From the NCBI GenBank assembly GCA_002269645.1, contig NIVC01000303.1:1-64000 (forward strand): a DNA stretch of 64,000 nt. Reading direction: 5' to 3'. The notes below the pieces were generated by a model that was not told the origin of the DNA, searched no databases, and saw nothing but the letters and a program-made list of their open reading frames with translations. Position 1 is the first letter of the stretch; each line of letters begins with the position of its first letter. Positions 12,201 through 24,128 of this stretch are shown in pieces. The position numbers and the translations under genes were made by a program. Origin of the DNA: Macrostomum lignano (taxonomy: Eukaryota).

Positions 12201-15174
12201 GCAGCGGGGAGTAAAGGACTTCTAGGCGGCTACTGGTGGGAAACAACGCTGAAAAAATAATAATTTTGCCAAGCCGGGGATGAGAAGCGCGCCCAACCAA
12301 GGCCTCTCCGGCTGCAAGTTGTACGTGTTTGGCGACTGCAGCTTTTTTGGAGGAGGCCAGCCTTGTTTATAGCTACCTACCTTTAGCGGTGTGGCATAAC
12401 GCCGCCCTGAGCTGCTGCTCTATTTGGTATTCAGGACGGGAGAAAATGGAGAGATGAAAGAGGTAAGGCAGAAAAGGTACGCGACTATTCAGCAAGGAAT
12501 CATCTCTCACATGCGGGGGTGACACTATGGAATGGAGATGTAGGAAGAATCGGTGCTGAGGAATCTGTGCTAGTCAAACTACTGGCATGGTAAACCGCGC
12601 CATACACCGCCGGGGTTCGCTTCTCGCTCGTTTTCATTCACGTCAAAACAGCCTCAAGGGCGAACGGATGATTGATGAGCTGTCTGCATCAGCTCTCATT
12701 CTAGTTGGGACTGAATTGTGTGTCGGAATGAAGTTAAGCCTTTCTTTGGCTCTCAGACGTTTCTGTTAACCATTCAGCGTGTCAATATTGAATTTCCCGT
12801 AAATTACTTAGCCAAATGTGCCTTCCTCAGTTAAATCTACGGGGGCATGTCAAATCTTTGGCAGCTGTTTGCAGAAACTTACGAAGTACTTTACCTATGA
12901 CCTAAAAATCTACTATTACACCTGTACCTCCCTATGTGTAGGAGCGAACAAAGACTTAAATTACTAAACAGAGGAGGCAGAGTAGTCCCACGTTAACCAT
13001 CGCTTTGATATCCAAAGCCCCTCCCCTAAGAATGTAAATAAATATTTAATAGTCGCTACTGGCTCCGCTGACTCCTCTGGCGCGCGCAGATATTGTATTC
13101 AGGCACGCACGCGTACACACGATCACACAGGGTGTACACTGGCCCTGGTTTTCTAATCGGTAGGCATGCACACTCTCTGATGATGTCTAAGCGCTGCTGG
13201 CTTTTGTGGGTGTGAATTAAATAGTTGTGGTCGCACAAGGAATCGAACTGGGGCTCGTGGCATGATGGAGTCAGAGCAGCCCTCTGCCCTCTCCCTAAAG
13301 CCCCTATAAAATATTCAACTGTATGAGAATCATGATCTTTTATCTTTCTAGATCAGGAAGTCTTATAGCGTTGTGACAACATATCTTTCTCTTGGTCTTC
13401 CTACATACGGAAAATGCAGCTATCTCAAATTTAAGTAGTTTTGACACAATAACTATTACTTGGAAGCTCATCATTTTTACCTAGCCTCACGCAGCTTCAC
13501 TCAAGGCTGTCCAAAACTGACCCAGTGAGTTTTAAACCGGAATCCCCAACATCAGTTTGGTAAATCCTCGATGCATCCCTGCCAAATGCATGCACAGCAA
13601 TATTTCTGACTAGGATTATTGAAGGGATTTAGCGATTCTGGAGTTCTCGTATTTTTATTATTCGCAGAATAATCTCTTGGGCTTCAGCACGGGGGTATTG
13701 ATTTAGAGGAGAAAAAACTCAAACACTTTATTACAACTCGCTTTCGTACGCCTGTACTCATCCTTGGGATGGCAATTTCATTCAGCTTTAAACAGCAGCT
13801 TTTAGTAGAGAGCTCAGAATAATCAAAACATTATACCTGCTCTGCTTCTGGCGTGATGGATAAAGTGAAGTGGACTCGTTCCTCCTCTTTGGGAATAGAT
13901 GACAGTCTTATACCTGCAGGCTGTAGACTAAGCACCTGGTTATTGGTAGCGCACTTTCCATTGACTCAAGGGATTTTTTCTGGGAAACAGTTTGGCTTCT
14001 CTTTTGTTTGGGAAAATCCTTTGCTGTCGGAGGCTTCCTACCTGCGCGGGAAGAATTTCTTAGCTCTGAGCTGGTAGTTCAAAGCATAAAAGAATTGCGT
14101 GTAGAACAAATAAAAATTTTTCTTGAAGGTATCTTTAAATTAATAAATAGAAATGTTTTTTGACAGGAAGAAAGGTTGGAGATAAAAGGAAGATTAGGAA
14201 TCGATCATCAAAGCCGCTTTGAATACAAATTTGATTTGCAGTCTTACCTGCAAGATCAGTGTGCCATTGGGTTGATTCTCCGGTACGGAGACATTGTAGA
14301 ATTTATTCCTGAACCTTGGACTGTTGTCGTTGACGTCTTTGATGGTAAGCCGGACGCGCGCCCGACCTTCCCGGCCGCGTCCGTCCCGAGCCAGCAGGTC
14401 GAACTGGTAGTATTGACGAGTTTCAGCGTCCAAGCCTTTCTGAATGAACAGATATGGTTTGCCGATGTTGTCGGTTTTCAGAGTGAAGGTCGTCGCTGTC
14501 TCCTTGCTCAAGCTGGCCGGATCGAAGCTGTAGCTAATGCTGCGAAACTCCTCAGAGAAGTCCCCGTCCGTGGCTACTGGCAGAGAAATTTTTCTAGACG
14601 AGCACGGCGTCGGTACTACAAAACAGATCGACTCGTCGCATCCGATAACGAAGTACTCCCCATCAATGCTGGGAAACTCTGGCGCGTGGTCGTTCCAATC
14701 GGTGACGTTTAAAGTGAACTGTAGCCGAGCAATTATTGGTTGGCGAATTTTCCGACGGTCGGCGACGTGTGGACGAACCAGAACAGCGAATTTGTGTCGG
14801 CCGACACCGTGCAGGCAGTTGAACGCCCTGACGCAGAGCTGTTCAAGATCGATCTTTGTGTGCAACCGAAGCCGACCTGTGCTTGCATCGACGTCCACAT
14901 ACGGATCCTGCTCGGCCATGGAATACTCGGCTCTTGCCGTCGTGGATGGCTCGACGATTTCGGAGGAATCAACGGCTAGAAGGCTGGGCAGGCGGCCCGT
15001 CAGTCCAGTGAGATCCTGGGCGACGCCTAAGTCTAGCGGAGCGGTCTCTTCTTGAACTGTCAGACGGGCTGATAGAACTGTCAGGCTGGCGTGAACGTTG
15101 GTAGGGATTTGACAGGTGATAAAAGCCGCTAGGAGAAGCAGCGACGAAAGTTTCAAGTAGCTCAGGTGCGGCAT
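6201..15174 (-). CDS. Delta-type protocadherin, 7 cadherin repeats + TM + cytoplasmic tail, about 1108 aa; exons 15174-14248, 11113-10120, 8704-8193, 7429-7052, 6716-6201
   Basis: Signal peptide MPHLSYLKLSSLLLLAAFITC; EC1 DLEQLC; repeated DxNDxxP, DRE and DxD motifs; TM VVIIITLASVSALLAVALILAVACI; tail motif SDSGRGCSDED. All four GT-AG introns are phase-compatible (0,1,0,0) and the CDS totals 3327 nt. The last acceptor (6716) is the least certain. Confidence 0.9.
9066..9790. repeat. 20-bp minisatellite (AAGAGACAGGGACGCCCACC) in a protocadherin intron
   Basis: Direct tandem periodicity with variant units and a longer-range block duplication; source of the ORFs at 9045-10018. Confidence 0.95.
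13060..13290 (-). mobile_element. Degenerate tRNA-derived SINE-like repeat
   Basis: B-box-like AGTTCGATTCC (plus strand GGAATCGAACT, 13239-13249). Shares the 16-mer TCACACAGGGTGTACA (13123-13138) with the tail of the SINE at 60209-60224, and shorter motifs with 7985-8060. Confidence 0.45.
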
Positions 15175-15247
15175 TTGGCTTCTTTCTTCTTTGAGCTGCA
15201 ATTTGACGTTGTCGAGGGGATGGGGTTGCGTCAAAATGATGTTACAT

Positions 15248-15925
15248 TTAGACCTGCAGGATGTGTCTGATGCGCCTAAATGATGATACACTTAGACCTG
15301 CATGATGTGTCTGATGAGCCTAAATGATGATACACTTAGACCTGCATGATGTGTCTGATGAGCCTAAATGATGATACACTTAGACCTGCATGATGTGTCT
15401 GATGAGCCTAAATGATGATACACTTAGACCTGCATGATGTGTCTGATGCGCCTAAATGATGATACACTTAGACCTGCATGATGTGTCTGATGCGCCTAAA
15501 TGATGATACACTTAGACCTGCATGATGTGTCTGATGCGCCTAAATGATGATACACTTAGACCTGCAGGATGTGTCTGATGCGCCTAAATGATGATACACT
15601 TAGACCTGCATGATGTGTCTGATGCGCCTAAATGATGATACACTTAGACCTGCAGGATGTGTCTGATGAGCCTAAATGATGATACACTTAGACCTGCATG
15701 ATGTGTCTGATGAGCCTAAATGATGATACACTTGGACCTGCAGGATGTGTCTGATGCGCCTAAATGATGATACACTTGGACCTGCAGGATGTGTCTGATG
15801 CGCCTAAATGATGATACACTTGGACCTGCAGGATGTGTCTGATGCGCCTAAATGATGATACACTTGGACCTGCAGGATGTGTCTGATGCGCCTAAATGAT
15901 GATACACTTGGACCTGCATGATGTC
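15248..15925. repeat. 44-bp minisatellite, about 15 copies, ending 74 bp upstream of the protocadherin ATG
   Basis: Unit TTAGACCTGCATGATGTGTCTGATGAGCCTAAATGATGATACAC; period 44 (15248 to 15292). Confidence 0.97.
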
Positions 15926-17556
15926 TGATGACTCAGATGTGTCTGAAATTTTCACTACCGCCTTTATCTAATAGACTAATTTTCAGAACAAACAGAAAAG
16001 TCTCAATTTAGTAAAATAATCTGGCATAGTTTCCAAGAAATCCAGCTTCCCATAATAATACACAGACAGGTAAAGAGCAGGCTGTACTCAGAGTATATCC
16101 GAATCGATTTTACCTCGACCAGCCTCAAGCAAAATCCCGTTGGAAGGAGCTTAAAAACTAGAGAAGAGAAAAAATTAGTCAACAAGAATATGCATGTTCC
16201 AATACGCCTAGACTGAGGGAAGGATAAGTTTCACCAAATCCCCGAGCTGTCCCGTCTCCATTTCCTGATTGGTTTGTCGAGCAGCGAACGATTTCTAGGA
16301 AACTGTAGACTTGAACCGAAGAAGCCCGTAGTACTGGAGAGCGGACAGACTCAAAGCTATATTTCCCCTAATAGTGATATCCATCTGCCGCACTAGGGTG
16401 GCACAACAAAGAATGCAAAATTAGGGAGTGAAGCTGGTTGGGGCGTTGTGTTGGTGACATATTGCTATCCAAATATTGCTCATTATTCGAAGCGCGTAAA
16501 TTTGCTCAGAACCGGCTCATTCATCATCTACACGCCAGCAGTGAGCATATGTTCCCTGGGGAGTTGGGACTGGTGGTTTTTTGTGGCTGTAGGATCCTAC
16601 TGACTGACTACCATTGCCCATCGAAACAGCATCTAGGCTCCTCTCCAATGCTTCATCAAGCTGCAGGCATCGAGGCAGCACTGTATCGAAATAGAAATTT
16701 ATGCCCGCCAAGCAAATATTCGGCATTCCATCGCCGCTACAATTGCTTCATCATGCCCGCTAGGGGGCTCGAGGAGTTTTTTTTTCAATTTCGCCAGCAA
16801 GACGTCATTTCTGGACGACACTTTCAAGTGGCGGTGCCTCATGCTGCCACTTTTGTTAGCAGAAGTTGATGCTAGCAGCGGAGGTTGTTGGTAAAACCCC
16901 TATAGTTTTGGTCTTACTTTGATCTGAAAATCTAAAATATTTGTGTCGGTTTTTCCAGAATCGTTTCTTTTCGATGGACAATTGAGGCTGCAAAATGTTT
17001 TTTTGATGTCGAAACTTGTGCATGCGCAATTCCCAATGAAGTTACACGTAAATATTTCATGTGAAGACTCATAGAAGAATCACTTCAAAAAAGTAGTGCT
17101 TCGAACGCTATTAAAGTTACTGAACTCGAAAAAAGGGGAAAATGTAGCAATCCACTGATTGCGTCTTGAGTGGCATTATGCACCCGTCTACAAGTGCCAA
17201 CTCGAGCTTCGAACGAATACTGTTTTTTCAATGCTTTCTCAATGCTTCAAACGGGTGCTTGAGGGGGGGGGGGGTATTTAAACTAGCCAACTAATCTGCA
17301 TAGTGTATTTATTAGAATATTACTCACTCTAGTATAATACCTGTCTACTGCACCCTCTTGACCTTCACGATTGCCCTATGCAATCAAGAAAATATTTTAT
17401 TAACGAAAACTGACTTCTTGGAGTGACTATTTGCGGATTTCAGCTCCGTTTGTAGAATGATGTGGTTTGTGTACTTTGGGATGGATATCCCTACTATAGA
17501 TTAGACTTAGAGTAATTGAGACAATTAGTTGACATAGTAAAGGTAAGATGGAAAGC

Positions 17557-18045
17557 ATGAGGCATGGAGATTAGAGAAGGGATGAGAGGGATACCATTAG
17601 AGGGAGAGGGACAAGGGACAAGAAGGATATCATGAAAGAGGGAGATTAAAGAAGGGACGAGAGGTTAGAACATGAGACTGGGAGATTAGAGAAGGGACGA
17701 GAGAGAAAATGAGACAGGGAGATTAGAGAAGGGACGAGAGAGAAAATGAGGCATGGAGATTAGAGAAGGGATGAGAGGGATACCATTAGAGGGAGAGGGA
17801 CAAGGGACAAGAAGGATATCATGAAAGAGGGAGATTAAAGAAGGGACGAGAGGTTAGAACATGAGACTGGGAGATTAGAGAAGGGACGAGAGAGAGAAAA
17901 TGAGACAGGAGATTGATGGGCCGAGAGAGAGAGAAAATGAGACAGGATATTAGAGAAGGGACGAGAGGGAGAGCATGAGACTGGGAGATTAGAGAAGGGA
18001 CGAGAGGGAGAGCATGAGACAGGAGATTAGAGAAGGGACGAGAGG
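17557..18045. repeat. Degenerate GA-rich minisatellite with a 189-bp block duplication
   Basis: GAGATTAGAGAAGGGACGAG units; the block starting ATGAGGCATGG recurs at 17557 and 17746. Confidence 0.85.
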
Positions 18046-18761
18046 GATTTTAAAACTGCCCTGGTTAGAGACAAAAATAGAAACACGATAAACTAATCTC
18101 CCTTCTCAACTCCCTCACCAAATGCAAAGTATTGGTAATCTTACTCTTAGAGTACAAGTGGCTGTTTATCAGTCAGTTCCCAATTCGCTTACCGGTCAGA
18201 TTATTCGTATAGAATTAAATCGAACTGAGTCGAGCTTTAGAGAAGAGCAAGCGTCGATCTCTCCAGATGTCAGATGTAAGAACTGTCGCCCGGAGCCACG
18301 TGCTCAAACTCTTGTTCGACTCTCTTGGCGGCTCTTAGTCAGGTTAGGATAGAAGAGGGAGAGAAGCTGAGGGGAGAGGGGAGCAATGGAGAGATAAAAG
18401 AGTGAATGGATAGAAATCAGCTCCAGAAGCCATTGACTCAGGCCGTCTGAGAGCAAAGGAGAAGCTGCGTCCAGCTTTGACCGTTTGATTGCTCATTCCT
18501 ATTGGCTGGTACCTGTTTGACCAATCAGATGCATTCTTTAGCCTGGATAGCGGCTGGATACGGTTTTTTGCGATTGAGATTCAATGCGTTCTGTTCTTGT
18601 CTGTTTTATTGTTTATTAATTAGTCCATTGATATGTTGTCTGTCTTTGTGTCTCCGTGTCTTCGTGTGTTTGTGTCTTAGTATAAGTGTCTTGTGTGTCT
18701 TAGTGCCTTAGAGTCTCCGTCTGTGCTTGTGTCTTAGTGCCACTGAGACAGACAGTGGCTG

Positions 18762-19574
<813 letters not shown>

Positions 19575-19974
19575 CGCGTCCTGATGCACTCAGTTGATAT
19601 CCCCAGAAGCCAGAAGTCCCAAATATTTACCGCATTTAATGCCGGGCAGCCGCCATTTCCATCATCAAAGTGGCATCAAATTTCCGCAGCAGCGTTGGCT
19701 ATGCTGGTTTTTCTTCCACGGTTTCTGTTGAGCCCACACTGTAGTGGCCATAAAACAGCCAGCGGATGCTCATATTTCATACGGCGTTTGAAATTGAAAT
19801 TACACAAAATTATTATAGACCTGCGATGCTCAAATTTTAGAGAGTACGAGCTAGAAAGCGAGTAAAAAGTAGAGAAAATCGCAATGAGATTTTTTTATCC
19901 ATCATAAGGCAAAAAGTTAATGAATCTTAGTGATGCAGTTAGAAATTTGGTTCATAAGATAAGAGATAGTAGAG

Positions 19975-20762
19975 AGAAAATGAAGTAGAGAGGAGAGAAC
20001 ACAGGGGGAATAGTGTAGATGTGAGAGGGGGAAAATATAGGGAAGAGAGGAGAGGAGAGAGGAGAGAGGACAGAGGAGAGTGGAGAGGAGAGAGGAGAGG
20101 AGAGAGGAGAGAGGACAGAGGAGAGTGGAGAGGAGAGAGGAGAGGAGAGAGTAGAGGAGAGAGGAGTGGAGGGAGGAGAGGAGAAAGGAGAGAGGAGAGA
20201 GGAGTGGAGGGAGGAGAGGAGAAAGGAGAGAGGAGAGAGGAGAGTGGAGAGAGGAGAGAGGAGAGTGGATAGAGGAGAGAGGAGAGTGGAGAGGAGAGAG
20301 GAGAGAGGAGAATGGATAGAGGAGAGAGGAGAGAGGACAGTGGAGAGAGAAGAGAGGAGAGTGGAGAGGAGAGAGGAAAGTGGAGAGTGGATAGAGGAGA
20401 GAGGAGAGAGGAGAGTGGAGAGAGAAGAGAGGAGAGTGGAGAGGAGAGAGGAGAGAGGAGAGAGGAGAGTGGATAGAGGAGAGAGGAGAGAGGACAGTGG
20501 AGAGAGAAGAGAGGAGAGTGGAGAGAGGAGAGAGGAGAGTGGAGAAGAGAGAGGAGAGAGGAGAGTGGAGAGAGGAGAGAGGAGAGTGGATAGAGGAGAG
20601 AGGAGAGAGGAGAGTGGAGAGAGGAGAGAGGAGAGTGGAGAGAGGAGAGTGGAGAGGAGAGAGGAGAGAGGAGAGTGGAGAGAGAAGAGAGGAGAGTGGA
20701 GAGGAGAGAGGAGAGAGGAGAGTGGAGAGAGGAGAGAGGAGAGTGGAGGGAGAAAGAGAAGA
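19975..20762. repeat. GA-rich (GAGAG/GGAGA) low-complexity array
   Basis: Directly visible; source of the ERRG/LSPL ORFs. Confidence 0.95.
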
Positions 20763-21239
20763 GCAGAAATAGTTAAGGCCTCGACGTGACAGGCGTGCTG
20801 GCAGCATCAAATCCATAATTGATAATCGACATGCAGAGGTCTCACATCGTCCTTCCCAATGCACAGCAGCATCAGCAGCAGCAGCTGTAACAATCGCCTT
20901 GCCCGCCAATCTCCGCACTCAGTGACTGACCAACCCAAAATTATTTTATTTTCTAATAGCTAAACCCACAGATACTATATAGTATCTGTGGCTAAACCAT
21001 GCTGACAATCTAATCTGCTAAAAGTATGTACCTCCTTGTCGTCTGGCTGTCTGCCTCTCTGTCTACATGCGCTGGCATCCGTGCGTGTGTCAGACTGCTA
21101 GAGGTTGTTGAATGACCTACTTATAGGTAGGTATGCACAGGTATATTAGATTTGCACTAACTGGTTAACCTAATTATCTGAATATGTTTGACACGTGTTA
21201 ATTTCAATGCCAATTAAAATATCTGGGGCCACTTTCAAA

Positions 21240-22163
<924 letters not shown>

Positions 22164-22617
22164 TTCCACAAGATTTTCCACAAGATGGATCCGTGACCCT
22201 AAACTGAAACGTAACCTCCGTAATCCAATTTCGTCAGTGAGCTTTTTCAGCATAAACATTGGCGTACGCAGAAACTGGGAGCTTAAAAATGAACCAAGCT
22301 TGAAGGTTTGCAACACACAGCGAGAGCTGCTGCTTCACAGCGAGAGCTGCTTGTCCCCTAAAGCAACTGATGTTTTATTCATTGATCAAGCGAGTTTTGA
22401 GTCCATCAATACCTGCTCAGAGCAACTTGAGCTCTCATCGCTCGTACAAGCTACGGAAAATGATTTAGGAATATTTTTTGAAAGTTGGACAACGAGGTGC
22501 ACAGAGTGCGCATCGACACCCAGCAGCTGGTCGCCTCCTTCCCGACTCAGCGTTCCGGCTACCAACAGCTGGGCAGTGATGACACATGACTTGGGAGACA
22601 CTGCTGAGAGAGTGCCA

Positions 22618-22865
22618 GGTCAAAGCCACGTCATAGCTAGGTCATAGCCGGGTCATAGCCAAGTCATAGCGACGTCATATCAAGGACATAGCCGGGTCAT
22701 AGTTAGGTCATAGCCGGGTCATAGTTAGGTCATAGCCGGGTCATAGCCAGATCAAAGCGAAAGTCATAGCCAGGTCATAGCTAGGTCATAGCCAGGTCAT
22801 AGCTAGGTCAAAGCCAAAGTCATAGCCAGTTCATAGCTAGGTCATAGCCAGGTCATAGTCAGGTC
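22618..22865. repeat. Short GGTCATAGCC-type 10/20-bp minisatellite
   Basis: Repeated GGTCATAGCC(A)/GGTCATAGCT units. Confidence 0.85.
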
Positions 22866-23329
22866 AATTGTAAAAACTTGTCAGTTCACGGCTGACAGGC
22901 TGACAGTTTTTATTAAGTCCACAAGTCTTCTACTTTTAGTTCCTTAAGTTGATTAAGAAATTTATTTCTTAAGATGATAGTGCATATTTTATATAATGCT
23001 TATGATTAATATTATCACTAATATCCTACTAACAGCGATATATATAAATATTTGATTTCCTTTTTGTTTAGCATAGAATCGTAGTTAAAATGGTAATTTC
23101 TATTATATTCATAAAACAATTCGCATGCTAATGGTAAGCGCAATAATAACAATAATTTCTTTAAGTACATTGTAAAGGCGCTGTAAGATATGGATTAATG
23201 ATGAAATCATGACTAATATTTTCTGTTTCATACTAGCTAAAATAAGTTAATATTACTAATTAGCTGGTAGTATAAATTATAATCTTGGTCTATCCCTCAG
23301 AAACTACATGAAACTGTTGTACCCCCCTC

Positions 23330-24128
23330 AGACAGAAACTGTTATATCCCCCAGACACTAACTGTTATATCCCCAGACACTAACTCTTATACCCCTAAGA
23401 CACTAATTGTTATATCCCCCAGACACTAACTGTTATATCCCACAGACCCTAACTGTTATATCCCCAGACACTAACTGTTATATCCCACAGACCCTAACTG
23501 TTATATCCGTCAGACACTAACTGTTATATCCCCAGACACTAACTCTTATACCCCTAAGACACTAATTGTTATATCCCCCAGACACTAACTGTTATATCCC
23601 AGACACTAACTCTTATACCCCTAAGACACTAATTGTTATATCCCCAGACACTAACTGTTATATCCCACAGACCCTAACTGTTATATCCCCAGACACTAAC
23701 TGTTATATCCCACAGACCCTAACTGTTATATCCCCAGACACTAACTCTTATACCCCTAAGACACTAACTGTTATATCCGTCAGACACTAACTGTTATATC
23801 CCCCAGACACTAATTGTTATATCCCCCAGACACTAACTGTTATATCCCACAGACCCTAACTGTTATATCCCCAGACACTAACTCTTATACCCCTAAGACA
23901 CTAACTGTTATATCCGTCAGACACTAACTGTTATATCCCCCAGACACTAACTGTTATATCCCACAGACCCTAACTGTTATATCCCCCAGACACTAACTGT
24001 TATATCCCCCGACACTAACTGTTATATCCCCCAGACACTAATTGTTATATCCGTCAGACACTAACTGTTATATCCGTCAGACACTAACTGTTATATCCGT
24101 CAGACACTAACTGTTATATCCTTCAGAC
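23330..24128. repeat. 22-23-bp minisatellite (CAGACACTAACTGTTATATCCC) forming the start of the whirlin-like 3' UTR
   Basis: Period 22 (23352 to 23374); the last unit overlaps the stop codon at 24123-24125. Confidence 0.95.

Noticed and set aside
14176-15055. Plus-strand ORFs overlapping cadherin exon 1 (likewise 10040-10412, 30405-30935, 57258-57644)
   Set aside because: Antisense shadows of well-supported exons.
15175-15291. ORF-track start MYHHLG for the protocadherin
   Set aside because: The ATG lies in the minisatellite edge; the signal peptide begins at 15174.
16200-16870. Moderate-GC stretch with ORFs of 69-143 aa (similar stretches at 13500-14100 and 28280-28800)
   Set aside because: No recognisable motif or splice-compatible exon; probably decayed TE sequence that I cannot assign.
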